A stretch of 64,000 nt of DNA, from NCBI GenBank assembly GCA_030141605.1, contig JAQGDQ010000721.1, positions 43,692 to 107,691 on the forward strand, written 5' to 3'. The stretch comes from Tubiluchus corallicola. Lineage: Eukaryota > Animalia > Priapulida. Positions 1 through 13,539 of the stretch are shown piece after piece (positions within the stretch are counted from its first letter, which is position 1; every line of letters starts with the position of its first letter). The position numbers and the translations under genes were made by a program. Under the pieces are notes generated by a model, which saw only the letters and a list, made by a program, of their open reading frames with translations, did no database searches and had not been told where the DNA came from.

Positions 1-1348
1 ATAGAGGCTAATTAGGAAACAGGGAGTAGCTTGTATAATCTACTTGTGTGCCGATCAGTAAGGGAAAACGTTGAAGGTATATATGATAGCAATGGTATCG
101 AATTTTTCTTGTAAACACAACGTCTTCAGGTTGGGAAAATGACTTCAGTAGAGTATTATAATAATCCTGAGATTTAGTAGGCTTCTCTTTGTGCTGAGTT
201 TCAATGTGGATGGTTCAAAATTTTCAAATTACTAATTGAATAATAAGTAAAACATCCACCTCACCAATGAAACGGCAACATGTAACTTACACCACATGAC
301 CCACATCGTGCCATCACAACTGCCATACCACACCAGCCTCACCATGCCATTCCCACGAAGCCAAACGCACGATATCATACCACATAATGCAGATGATGAT
401 AACAATTTTGATGACTGTGATGGTGCTGACAATGTCGATGATGGTGACATCTGACGAGCGACAATAACAACACAACAGCACAACAGTCAAACATTTTGCA
501 CAAATTTTAAGCTGTGTGCTATGACAAATGCTAGTACCTCCTTAAGGACCACAAGGCCTTACAAGGCCTATGATTTTTGCAATTGTATGAGCACAGACAA
601 AGCTAAATAATTATAAATTAGGCACCGTTCTATTCGGGAGAACATTAGCTATTCAATCACGGTATTTATTTAAGCATCTATGTGTGATTTAATTGGATCA
701 TTTCAAGAATAACACGCCCTAACAATTCAGGCACTCCATGTTTGCCCTTTGAGTTGCTAAGTGTGGGTTACACTTGCGAGATTGTACAAACTACTTTGTT
801 ATGACCTGCTTGCTACAGCCCGAGAACACAGATTTCTACTGCTTGCTGCAGCCCGAGAACACAGATTTCTACAGCTATTACAGGGGAATTTCAGCCAATG
901 ACAAATTAAGGTTGGCCGGCACAAGCGCGCTGAGTGGTGGAAGAAAACAAAATATCTCTCCTAAAAATCGTAAAATTTCAACGTTTGAAAAAATTAAAGT
1001 GGAGTTTGCTCTATTTTTGAAAAAAAATTCTTTTTAATTAAAGTAAACAACAACAACCAAAATTTCCCGTTCTGGAGACGAAACAATAGAGGTAAACTGG
1101 AAGTTGGAACAACATCTACTGATAGTATGTGGCTATGTTTTGCAAGGGAAGGAGACTGCCTGCCAGTTTCGTGGCGAACACCCAACCGGGCAATTTGTCG
1201 GGCACTCACTGGGTGGCGCTGTACGTCAGCGCCTTGGGACGCTGAGAATACTTCGATTCGTAAGGCCTGGTGCCCACCTGCAGAACCAGAAGCTTTCTAA
1301 ACCGAAAATGCAGTAGCAATTGGACTTTCAACACCAATAAAATGTATG

Positions 1349-1865
1349 TTTGTATAGAATATAAGTAAATATGTGCGGTTGCACAGAAAGTAAGTAAATA
1401 TGTGCGGTTGCATAGAAAATAAGTAAATATGTGTGGTTGCATAGAATATAAGTAAATATGTTTGGTTGCATAGAAAATAAGTAAATATGTGCGGTTGCAT
1501 AGAAAATAAGAAAATATATGAGGTTGCATAGAAAATAAGTAAATATGTGTGGTTGCATCGAAAATAAGAAAATATATGAGGTTGCATAGAAAATGAGTAA
1601 ATATGTGTGGTTGCATCGAAAATAAGAAAATATATGAGGTTGCATAGAAAATGAGTAAATATGTGTGGTTGCATAGAAAATAAGTAAATATGTGTGGTTG
1701 TATAGAATATAAGCAAATATGTGCAGTTGCATAGAAAATAAGTAAATATGTGTGGTTGTATAGAATATAAGTAAATATGTGCGGTTGTATAGAATATAAG
1801 TAAATATGTGCGGTTGTATAGAATATAAGTAAATTTGTGCAGTTGTCAGCAAATAAATGAGGTTG
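1349..1865. repeat. 29-bp minisatellite (GTTGCATAGAAAATAAGTAAATATGTGTG), ~17-18 copies
   Basis: Unit starts at 1378 and 1407 (29-bp period); explains the repetitive ORFs at 1206-1990. Confidence 0.95.
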
Positions 1866-2769
1866 TCTTTTCCATAGAAACAATTACGCCCCCAGTATGA
1901 CCCGTCTTTAAATTGTGCCGCTCCAATCCCTGCAGCCTTGAAATACTGTAAAATTGCTTCACAGACATTGAGAGGCATTAAGAGACCCACTGGCAGGAGC
2001 TACATGTGAAATGTGAGTATCTTTTTGTCGAGACAGAAAGGAGTTATTTTACTCAGTAATTTGTTCAATGTAAAATGTGTCACCTTTTTAGCTTGAATTT
2101 GGTTTTGTCCTTTCGTCTATCAAAACAGAGTGCAATTATTGATTCACTGGTAACTTGACGTTGCAGACTTGTTCTCAGTTTGGATCTTTCTCTACAGATT
2201 TTGTGTCTGTCTATAACATGACCTGCATCACATTTTTGGATAATTCCAACATCTTTTAATGTGGTAGATGCTATAGCAGCAGCTGCAGCACTCTACCGGA
2301 AATGCCAAATCCATCTGCTTATAATGCAAGTAATCATTGGTTAACAGCCAGAAGATATTATGATGTTTTAACAGTTTAGCTTACAGACTACATATCTTGA
2401 TTGGTACGAAATTAAATAAAATTCAGCAAAAACAAACAAACCAGTATATTAGTAGTAACAGAACAGTCACTTTTAAGTAGCTGCCATTTTGTTACTGAAT
2501 TCCACAAACGCTAATGCGCTGTAGGTGTTGTACAAGCTCATGGGTATATCAGGAGTAAAGAGTGCACATACTCAGCTTTTTGTTTAACTTGTACCTAATG
2601 TCTTTCACGTGCAATGCCTCCAGTATTGAAAAATCAGGGCATCATGTTCTTCCATTGGGATTTCGTAATTGTTTGCTTCAAGTACTTGGCACCTATTTGT
2701 AATAGAACTTGCTGATTTCTCTTGAAAATAATTTTGAAAATTTAGCAAATTTGTAAGCTGATCTCGTGA

Positions 2770-2930
2770 ATCTGAAACTGCTTCTATATAAGAAAATTAT
2801 CATTAAACTAACGACGGAAATATAAATACTAATGCTTTACAAGACTTCTTTGTAAACGTAAGCCCCACATTATCAAGTAATATTGAACCTACAAATACTG
2901 ATGCGAATTTTCTTCTTAAAGGAAATCACG
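2770..2930 (+). mobile_element. Short decayed non-LTR retrotransposon ORF2 fragment
   Basis: Translates NALQDFFVNVSPTLSSNIE, resembling the ANxFNxFFVNIGPxLA segment between the LINE endonuclease and RT. Confidence 0.5.
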
Positions 2931-2986
2931 AATTTGCTGCGCCAGACATCCCTATAGTTTTTTGAAAACAGAACAAATCTACATAA

Positions 2987-3260
2987 TAAGCCTTTTTGCG
3001 TTTTCCTTGCACGTGTACCACAACAATGCGTCTTAACTACAACCGTCACATGACATGTGGGTAAAGCAATAGTGCCAGCAGCATCGGTTCACAATTTATA
3101 ATTTTGCATTAGTCATTTCAGTCTTTGCGAAGAGTGATTTATTAACAGGATCTTGCTTGACGACAGAAAGAATGAACTAGGTATGTTTCTAGCTAACTGC
3201 TAAAGCTGTCACCATTACAGTAGCTTGAGATTGCGATGTGATGTCAAGTGCATATGCATG
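2987..3260. mobile_element. MITE family A, partial copy
   Basis: Shares TAAGCCTTTT end and AACCGTCACATGAC/GATGAACTAGGTA core with copies at ~30020, 35710, 36996, 46758, 56525 and 57063. Confidence 0.7.
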
Positions 3261-4729
3261 GATAAAACCACTTTTTTATCATTTTTGAATCATTTGTCCC
3301 ATTTGAGTGACTTATGTCACATATTTTGTGCCAAGGCACATTTCAAGTGACTATTACATTTGTATGTCCAATTACGATGGTATCCATGTACGACAGCTGG
3401 ATGACGTATGTGACAACAGCTTGCATGACGTATGTCAAATTTGATGTTACGAACAAACTTCATTTCCTGACCGAAGAAAACTATTATAATTGTAGATGTA
3501 CATCTGGAATTACAACACAAATAAATATTTTTTTATTCACAATAAACTTACTTTCAGTATGGCCAATGAGAGAAAACACAAAAGATAGAAAAGTAAAAAA
3601 AACGAGAACCGATGATAAAAGAATGTTCGATTTTTTCGATTCGTCAGGCAAACAATGATTTGGTTATAACTCTTTCATATGGAGCTTTACAAAGGTTGTC
3701 ATTTTATCTGGATGAAAACAGCGATATTATAGTGATTATACAATAATAATTATTGTTCCTTTTCTGCATCCCATCCAAGCTTTATTGGATTTTCTGGTAA
3801 ACTCGCGAAATGGACATTCCACACTAACAGAGGTTCAAAATCACATTCACCAATAGCTTCTTTAGCACTTCTTTGATAATTCATACCCACTTCTCTTCTG
3901 TTACAAGCTAATGTTTTGTTATCAGGTAAATTAACGTACAGTGTATACAAGTTGTTTACTGCGAAATAATACATAATACTGCTAAATTATCTCAACAAAT
4001 TATGGTTTGGGATATTCTCAATACACAAGATGGAGGGGTGAAATAAACTTAAAAAAGTTAAAAAAATTCTCAATCATTTCTGATTAATTAATTGTTAATT
4101 GAGATCCCTAATTAAAACACTTCTTCTTCTTTTTCTTTCACCTTGCTACATTTCTCAGCCCGTATTTATCGCGTCTTCAAACATACACACGTGCGCATGT
4201 GCAACCATGCGCCTACAATACTTATGATGTAATAACGCTAGCAAACTCACCTGCAAACCCCAGAGCCCAATGGTTTAAGAGCAAGACTCGCGCGCAACCG
4301 GTAACGATTTCGACCCGAATTTAAGGAAAAAAAATTTCAACCCTACATTTATATCAAGAAATTCTCATTATACAAGACGGAGGGCTATTCTCATTATACA
4401 AGATGGAGGGGTGAAGTAAACTTAAAAAAATAAAAAAATCCTCCTGGGTATCAGGTATTCCCTGGGGTCCATAAATCACACAGTCCAGGAACATTAACCC
4501 TACGTATGTATGTATGTGTATCATACCCGAGTATGCAAAGATTGAAGAAGATGCGTATTTAAAATTCCTGGTAATGCCGCGATAACGGGTCTCCTGCGAT
4601 GGGCATTTCACCAGACACATCCGCCCAAATTTTGCGGAAAACTGCACAAATAATCTCCAGAAAAAAATCGGTTTGTGCAACTGTTTCAGCACTTTAGGAA
4701 AATGGAAGGATTGTACTTCGAAGTTCTTT

Positions 4730-5330
4730 TCAAATCTTATGTGTAGTTGTGTCCAAGCAATCAGTTTTAATTTGGTTAAACCTTTTCATAAACAGCTCTT
4801 TTGCAAAGTCATATAATTGAATATCAAGCTTGTTTTGTTGTTTGACTTGTTCTGTTTGCATGTTAGTCAGAGTTACGTTACCGGCAAATGTGGCGTTTGC
4901 TTCGACCTGATGAAAAGCGTTTCTGAATCTTATATTAAATGTCTTTTCAAACAGACATTGTGACTTCAATTGTTCTTCTGCCAATCCAAAAAAAGCCAAG
5001 TTTTCAAGGTTTAATTTAGCACTCTGTAACATGATCATATCTCTGTCTTTTTTGGACATGGCAGATTTATTATAACATCCCACTAGAGTCAAATCACTGA
5101 GCATTCTCGTTTGTCGATTTCGGGCTAGATTTGATTCACAGTTTAGAAACTCATCTAAGGAGACTCCTTTCCAAGAAGACCCTTTCCAGCACACTGGAAT
5201 CTCGTTGGGCGTGGGACGACGTCCATTACATTTATGAAGTGATCTTGGCCAGGTGGCACCACGTACTACGTTTGCATACTCGCTGAGAAACCGTTGAATT
5301 GGCTCCCGTAAAACAGTTATGTAGTAGTAC
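4730..5330 (-). CDS. HS6ST: Heparan-sulfate 6-O-sulfotransferase, coding exon 2 (terminal)
   Basis: Acceptor ttaaag| at 5331-32; reads YYYITVLREPIQRFLSEY...RGATW...NLARNRQTRMLSDLTLVGCYN...NKLDIQLYDFAKELF, with the 3'-PAPS-binding motif; stop at 4730-32. Confidence 0.93.
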
Positions 5331-6403
5331 CTTTAACAAGAATAAATTGAAGAAGTATTATTAATCATGGAATAATTTTTAAACAAAAATAAAAAGAAAC
5401 TAATGGTAGAAACTGGACATGCTAGATTATTTATTGAGCTATAAGCTATAAGGGTAGATTAGTGAGCAATTAATGGCTGCCATAATTAATATTGTGTGTT
5501 TGAACTGGTGGTTGCAGTACTGGTACCTTGTAAGTCAAGGCGTTTGTCTCCACTTTTTCAAATTCCTTTCCTGCTCTAAATTTTGTTTTAAAAACTAATT
5601 AGCTATCTAATTTTTTGTAATAATTTATCATACTTTTGATGATCATTGACAGTGCCCCACTTTTGTTCAAAAAAAGACGAATGACTTCATTGGAAGAAGA
5701 ATGGGTGTTCAAGTGCCCAAGCATGAAAATTCGCGACCTTCAAAGTGTGTTTGCTAATTACACGAGGCACTTGTAGTTTTATGACTAAATCCTTCTAAAA
5801 TTTTTCGCAAACATTGAAATAAGCCTAACTTCCTAGAAAGCTTGACCGTTTGCTTCAAGCACTGAACCACTTTTCATTGTATTTTAATCAGCACATTCTA
5901 ATTATTTCTACCCGCAGTGTTTCTACTGGAACACCCTGTACAAACAGAAAAACTGCCATGTCGAAGCGACCAGAAACAGCCGAATGGAGCCGTCTGTCTT
6001 CCAGCACTATTTCATTCCGTCATAATCATTACATGGTCTGTTCAATAACATATAGACGTTTTTGTGGTGACGTTTTATATTAAAAGTAGTTTTTCTTGTA
6101 ATACCTCTGAAATCCCACGGAATTATAAATCATTTTGGCGCCCTCCGAATTAAGGCCTGGATTTGCCCGGTTGTTCAACTTTGTATGTCCGCATTCTAAG
6201 AGTTTGTTTCTCTGTTTATAGCATCATTAAGATCTAGTCGCACACTGTCACGGACTGATTAGCCAATTTATGTCATCACTGTCACGAAGGGAGTACCTGT
6301 TTACAACTGTGGATTTCGATTTTAGTCGGTTGAACACTTTTCATTGCACCAGGGTTGTTGTGTTAGATAAATTAAATGAACTAGTACTGCATCAAAGCCT
6401 TAA

Positions 6404-6622
6404 AGGTGAAGAAAAGAGGCACCTGAAGTACGTTTCTGAAAAATCACATTAAAAATTGTGGAAACGATTTTTTGTTTGTTTTCATTTTAAATCTCCCTCA
6501 GTACTCTTCCGACAGCGCCATTACATGACGTCACCTACACAAATATATATCAGGCAATGCCAAATTATATTCCAAAAACTTTCCTTGCAAATCTATATTA
6601 CTTAGCATTACGCTTACCTGCT
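6404..6622. mobile_element. Non-autonomous Kolobok-like DNA element
   Basis: AG...CT termini flanked by TTAA on both sides; related reverse-orientation copies at ~13935-14140 and ~29425-29695. Confidence 0.55.
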
Positions 6623-7413
6623 TTAAAGTCTTATGGAACAAGAAAAAAAATTAAAACGTTCGTGCGAATTGGTAATATGTTGCTGGGTTACCATACAGGG
6701 TGCGTCACTCACTAACCAAAAACATATTTTTAATCTTATTGACAAAATACAGTAATTTAAAATTTTACTATCTTACGAATGCTCTGATTATTTTTTCAAA
6801 CTTTACACATTGTTATCTAAACTTGTTTCAAACGACCTCCATTTAAACTAAAGGTCATTGCGGGAGTTTAAATTTAAAAGTTTTATACAGATTTACTGCT
6901 GGCGCAAACACTGCATGCAAAAGCAGTAAAAATGCGTAAGTAGTTTAAAATTCAAGACGAATTTTCTAAGCTTGGTGTAAGTGGAGGGTTTTCTTGTGCT
7001 TTAATATAGCTATAGGAAGTAGTGTTTTGTCGAAGTTGTTATTGTTTTCCAAAAGGTAACTTTAATTATGTTATTAATTATAAAATATTCCAATGAGTAG
7101 ACGACTGTACATTTCGTACTAAACATTTCGTACTTAGTAGTTTCTATCTCACGTGAAATGCGTCAGTCTTAAATATTCGAACAATAAAGTTTTTTAGCTG
7201 TCGATTTATTACCAATATATCTAATATAATCCTGTAGTGAACTTTTCAGCTTGTGTAGGTATAGTCAATTCTTACTGTAAATGTTTTTGTTAATACTGAA
7301 TATAATGTGTTGTGGTGAGAGTCCTAAATCATGTTTCTTAAACTGTCTGATCCAATCCTATAATATTCTGTTTAAACTAAAACTGCTTTAGAAATTGTAA
7401 AATTTGTTCTTAC

Positions 7414-7919
7414 TTTCTCTTGCCAACAGATTTTCCCGTTTTTTTATTCAACACACGATCTACACATGGTAAAAGTTCTGTCCAGTCTGCATGAACACCA
7501 CATGGCCATCCGGTAGTAAACCGACTAAACAACCAGGTTCCTCTCTCAGAATTTGGACGATGACACTTACAGTACATAAGCCCTGTTCCTGTACTAATAC
7601 TTTTACATCTGCATGGTTTGGGTATGTCAGTATTAACAACTAGATGGCGCCCAAAATTGCTACCTCCCGTTTTCTGGATGTGCAGAAACACAATCGTGTC
7701 GGAACCACTGAAATTAAAACTGAAGTTTGTCGCTGGCGGTCCCTGGTGGATATATGCAGGAAGATTCCCTGACAGCATTTGTAGGTTGGACTGTCGCTTT
7801 GATAATTCATAATCATTGCTCACTTTTACCGTATCAGTGAAAATAGACAAAAAATACACGGTAAAACTTATAATGCCACAGATAATGCTGAAAAACACAA
7901 ATCTGCAAACTGTGTCCAT
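7414..7919 (-). CDS. HS6ST: Heparan-sulfate 6-O-sulfotransferase, coding exon 1
   Basis: N-terminal type II TM anchor; DTIVFLHIQKTGGSNFGRHLV (5'-PSB loop); WLFSRFTTGWPCGVHADWTEL; donor AA|GTAAGA, phase-compatible with exon 2. Confidence 0.93.
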
Positions 7920-8829
7920 ATTTAAAATAGATTTCCGCTTGCACTACTTTTGTAAGAAATGAATTGTAACAGACTGATAGAACATTTCCACTAAAATTAC
8001 CGAGATGCGTTTTATTCAGTTGTATTTTTTAGCTTTGCTGTTGTCTACTGCCTCTGATAATCTGACAAATAAACAAAGCAATGCAAATAGTCGAGGTTAG
8101 TGACCTGCTGTACTGACACTCAAAAAATCCCGTAAGAAATTCCGGGTAAAAAAATACACTTTTACCTCTCATTTCTGTTGAACAGGAACATGCCACGCGT
8201 GGTGTGTATCATTAATGAATGGCTAGTCAGTTCAACGATGGGTTCTTTGTACGCGGTACGAAAACGAGCCCCCCCCCCCCCCGCAAGCTCTAACACGGAA
8301 ATGTTGTGACGGTCAGTCTTCAGGGAAGTTGGGCATATTTCAGGGTTCACGAAAAATGCTAGAAAGATTCAGTATTAATACTGCAATCAGCGCCTCGTGT
8401 AGAAGAATCACATTAAAGTTATGATCACTTCACACATGGTGCGCATCCATTTTGAACACCCCTTCTTCTTCCAATGACGTAATTCGTCCTGAAGAAAAGT
8501 AGTGCACTGTCAATTTGCATCAAAAAAAATTTACAAAAAAATTAGGTACTTTTGCGTCAACTTTAGGCAAGTTGCAGAAGTTTCAATTAGTTTAAGCAGC
8601 TCACCCTTACGGAAAGCCACGACGCGCTAATGAAAAGTCACGAAATCATTTAATCATTTTCATACGAATGGCAGAAACTACCTGAAAATTTCTATTTAAA
8701 TTTTTGCTTTTTAAGCAATTTTTTTGGCAAATTTGTTTTTTGTATTTTTCTAAGTTTTAATGATAATTGTAAAATAAACACAACATACTGAGTGACTTCT
8801 TCTTTCCTTTAAATTTAGTTGACAACAGC

Positions 8830-11800
8830 ATTATGGCGACTGTACTACCGTCACAAATTTCGACAGAAAGTTTGTCAACTTTGCCGCGAATAAGCCGTGA
8901 AAATATAGATGAAATTGTTAATAATCCTTCGTGGCGCTGCGGTTGCAAATGGCACCGGTTTATAAAATTCAAGATTATATTACCGAAAAATTTGTGTTAT
9001 AACGTATGTCAAACCGTTTTTTTGTCTGTAATCATTGACCAAGTGACACAAATAGGCTATAATGCCTAAAGCAAAGAAGAAATCTAAGAAAATAACTTAT
9101 GCCGAGAGCTTTCTAGTGGCTGCCACCACGCCCAAGTCTAAGTTGACGCCAACAAAGACACATGTGAGTTCTGATGATGACACAGATTCTGAACATGATG
9201 GCGATATCAGATCTTCCTTCCATGAAGATCAGGATAGTAACAACATAATGGATGAATTAGTGAAGCTGAGACGAGATTTTGCCAAACCATTTAAAACCAT
9301 CTCGACTGACCTGAGTTCCATTACGGAAAGTTAATATTTATTATCAAAGAAGTACGATGAGCTAAATGACAAATACGCAGATATTGTCTAACAGCTAAAA
9401 AAGACAAATGTTGTTCTGAGAAAGGCTATAAATGACCTCGAGACAAAACTAGTGGAAAAAGAATCTGAAATTGATGCTCTAGAGCAGTATATGAGAAGAG
9501 ATAATCTACTCATAACTGGAATACCAGTCTTACCAGATGAAAACACGGCAGAGTTGGTTATCCAAGTTGCAGGAAAAATGAACATTAGTCTTGATGAAAG
9601 TGACATCAGCATTACACATAGGATCGTATCCCAAAAAGGAACTCCCCCTGTTATTGTCAAGTTCACGAGACGTATCACAAGAGACTTGGTGTACAAGAGG
9701 AGAATAAATACCCCAACATTAAAGGATCTAGAGTGCAATTTGAACGGTAAAGTTTATGTCAATGAATACTTAAAAAAGAACAGGAAAATATTATTCAACA
9801 CATGCCAAGTAGCGAAACGAAATAATAATTTCTTAATGTTCTTAATGACAAACCAAGGACAAATTTACATAAGAAAAGCTGATAATTCTAAAGCTGTGAG
9901 AGTGAATTCTGAAAGGGATGTATTCAGATAATTCTAAAGCTGTGTAATCACTGGTAAGCCAGCCAAGAAAATTTCTGTAATTTCATATAGGTACGTGTTC
10001 TTATAAACCTCTTGTATTTTTGTATTTTAGCTTTGACTAATATATTTTTTATTTACCTCCTTAATTACTTAACTGCATATCCAAATATGAGTAATAATGA
10101 TTGCACGTTTGCTTGTTCTGCCTGCACTAAACAATTTAAAGCAGACCAGTATTGTATACTGTGTACTTGTTGCAATCTTTGGTTACATTATAAGTGTTCG
10201 TGTTTGACTATGGAACAATTTTTACAACTAGGTTCTAGCAATGACCCCTATTACTGTATTTGATGTATAAAGTCTATTTTTTCTTTTCAGAGCTGTGAAG
10301 ATGACGAAATTGATTATTTGTTTTCTGTGATTTCTCCTTTAACTAACTCTCTGTCACTGTCTTGTCTGTCTAAGTGCTCTTCACTATCAACTAACAGGTG
10401 GGATCCAAATGACGCAGATAATTATGGGAACAATACTCTTAAATGAACTTCTAATTATAACAAAAATAATTCTGATTTACTAATAGTTCACTTTAATGTA
10501 AGCACCTTGCAAATTTTGGTAACATGACTGACGTCCTCAGTACTTTTCCTCAACCGCCTGAAATCATCGCCGTCTCCCAGACAAGGTTGAAAGATAATTC
10601 ATCATTTATGTGTAACTTGAACAACTACGTTTTTCTGAGTATTAATTCTAAATCCAATGCTGGTGGCAATGGTGTCTATATTAGAGATAATTTAAACTAC
10701 TATATAAATAATTCATATAAAATAGTGACTGAAACAAATAACCAAAGTAAACACGCAGGGTAAAGTATTAACTAAAATCTCAAAAATTAGTTTAGAAGAT
10801 CTCTGAATCCGCGTATCAACATTAAACAATTCAAAGAGTATACTATTTGGCCTTATATATAGACATCCAAATACACCTGTTACACATTTTATAGAGGAAA
10901 TGGACCGTGTGTTAACTGCTGTTCAACAATCTGGTACTATAGCTTGCATACGTGGTGACATTAATTTAAATTTATTACAGTTCGAGAGTATTTCAAATTA
11001 CTTAAATGTATTATTTTCTACTCAATTTGTTCCTCTAATTACAAGACCAACAAGATTATCAAAAACTCTAGTACCCTAATAGACCATATCTATACTAATG
11101 GTCTGATTAACTCTAATGTATCGGGCATTATAACTTACAAAGTGGCGGACCACTTGCCTATTTTTGAAATTGTCAAAAATGCAAATCTGACTAAACAGAA
11201 AACTAAAATTACAATTAGAGTTAAAACTAACTTTAATTCCTCTTCGTTTTTAAATGCCTTTTAGATTAATACTATTGATTATTATCTACTAATGAGGCCT
11301 TTGATCAGTTTTTTCAAACATTCAATCTAGTTCTCAATACTCATGTGCCTCTAAAAACTCTATCAAGACGTGAAGTGGTAACTTTTCACAAGCCATGGAT
11401 AACACCAGGCATACTGAAATCTATTAAAACTAGAAGCCAACTGTTTAATACATTTAAAAACTCTAACAATGTTTATAATAGAAATAAATACAAAGTTTAT
11501 TCGAACAAACTCAACCATATAAAATATTTAGCAAAAAAAAGGTACTATCAAGAAACCTTGCAAAATAACAAAAATAACACAAAGAAACTTTGGTCAACCA
11601 TAAATAGTTTAATGAATGTTAAATTGCAACAACGCATAACACCTAAAAAGGTATACAAAGATGGCATTCTCTCAAGTGATATAACTCATATCTGTTAAGT
11701 CATGAGCACTTTTTTTGCTTCCATTGTCCTTGTATGGCATCTAAAATACAGCCAACGCAACTGTCATTTCAGTCTTTTCTAGGACGTCCTTTGCCAAACT

Positions 11801-12890
11801 GGTTTTTCTTAACACCCATTATTTAAGCTGAAGTAAATACAGCAATAAATAATTTGAATCAGAATAAAGCCTCCGGTCATGAAAACATTCATATACCTTT
11901 TTACAAATCAGCTGGTCTCTGTATTTCCCCTGTTTTAACTAAACTACGCTGGTCGTAACTAAATTGTTTAACAAGACTATTACTGAAGGTACATTCCCAA
12001 ACTGTTTAAAGATAGCTAAAATATTTGAAAAATGATAAACGACAACAAAATTCTCTCTAGATTTCAGTTTGGGTTTTGCAAAAGATACTGCGCATCCTTA
12101 GCTATTGCTGAACTTACAGACAATCTGTTATTAAATATGGATAAAAAAAATACACCTGTGCCATATTTTTAGATTTATCAAAGGCCTGTGATACTGTACA
12201 AAATGATATTTTATTAGCCAAACTTGAAAACTATGGTATTAGAGGCCTGCCTCTTGAATTGCTGCAGTCATATTTACATGGTAGAAAACAATATACATCT
12301 ATCGTGAATAAAAACTCAGATCTGGTAAATGTACAGTGTGGTGTTACGCAAGGCTCAACTCTTGGTCCCCTTTTTTTCTTACTCTACATAAGTGATCTCC
12401 CTTTAAATACTCAATTACATAGTAGACTTTTTGCTGATGATACTAACTTTTTCAGTTCTGATCCTAACATAAATCTTCTAGAAGAATTTCTAAATGTTGA
12501 ATTAGCTAAAGTAGATCTATGGACGAGAGCCAACAAGCTTTCTATAAACTATTCCAAAACTAAATATATGGTGTTTGGTAATCCCAGAAAAGTAAAAAAT
12601 TTAACATTAAATTTGACAATGGGAAATGCCAGGATACAATCTGTACATCAATTGAAATATCCAGGAGTATTAATAGATCACAATCTTTCATGCAAAGCAC
12701 TTATACAATATATTGTTAATAGAACCAGTAAAATTATAGGTATTTTTACAAAAATTAGGCATTTCCTGAGTTATGATTTGAAAAAACTTTTACATTCTTC
12801 CCTATTTTCACCGTATTTAGAATACAGCATACTAACCTATGGCTCCGTTAGTAAAACTCTAATTAAGTCACTTAATTTACCAGTCAGTTG
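8830..12890 (+). mobile_element. Decayed near full-length LINE (CR1/L2 group): ORF1, PHD finger, APE endonuclease, RT
   Basis: ORF1 9062-9931 (coiled coil, LEQYMRRDNLLITGIP, two nonsense codons); PHD at 10087-10270 (CxxC...CxxCxxWxHxxC); endonuclease remnants 10480-11160 (YRHP, GDINLN, IDHIY, DHLP); RT 12150-12890 (FLDLSKA, GVTQGSTLGPLFFLLYI, FADDT); many stops and frameshifts. Confidence 0.92.
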
Positions 12891-13053
12891 ATTACTCAAA
12901 CACTTATTCATTACTACTGCATATTAAACTGTGAATTAGCATTTAATTTTCTTTGTTTTATTTTTTAGCTATTTTGTTTTAAATGTAGTGATGTTGTGTT
13001 TTGTAAAATAAACTGTGGCTTGCATTAAAATAAACGCACAATATCAAATCATT

Positions 13054-13539
13054 GTTCGTTGGCATCCTTCTGTCTCAGAAGACAATGGAGTGCACGCCAA
13101 GAGAATCAGTTATTGATCAATTGAAGGAGCTGCAGCGTCGACTGTGGCTGAACAGTGCGATCTTTTGAACGTCTCCAGGGCGCACGCCTGGGCAAGGTGC
13201 ATGGAGATCCTGAGTTGCCCAGACAACAGGAACCCCCTCTCTTCCTCCCTGGTGTAGTCCAAAGAAAAGCGGAGCGATACGTTTGGCACCAGGTTCGCTG
13301 CAGGAGCTGCCAGAGTCAGTGAGCATGCTGCACTGGTCCGCCTTCGGGGCTCCACTCCACTGATTCAGAAGGTTTACTCCTCTACACATGGCCGTTGGGT
13401 CACTTGACCTCCTCTGCCCTCTAGCCATTGGCTGCTTGTGCAGCTCCTCCGCCTAGTGTCGAGATACAGTGTGGGCATCCCGCAGCCTACAGCACCTGGT
13501 ATTCCTAGGCGTTTACCCATCCAAGTACTAACCAGGCTC
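13054..13539 (-). mobile_element. SINE with 5S rRNA-derived head and RTE-like body and tail
   Basis: 13484-13539 reads on minus GAGCCTGGTTAGTACTTGGATGGGTAAACGCCTAGGAATACCAGGTGCTGTAGGCT, matching the 3' half of metazoan 5S rRNA including box C; body has a second copy at 33271-33630; tail CTCCATTGTCTTCTGAGACAGAAGGATGCCAAC is RTE-like from recall. Confidence 0.8.

Noticed and set aside
13110-13428. ORFs shared with 33307-33631 suggesting a duplicated small gene
   Set aside because: Both lie in SINE copies and differ by indels; conservation is at the DNA level only.
13484-13539. Functional 5S rRNA gene
   Set aside because: Only the 3' ~56 nt are present, with no box A or T-run terminator, and it is fused to a repeat body.
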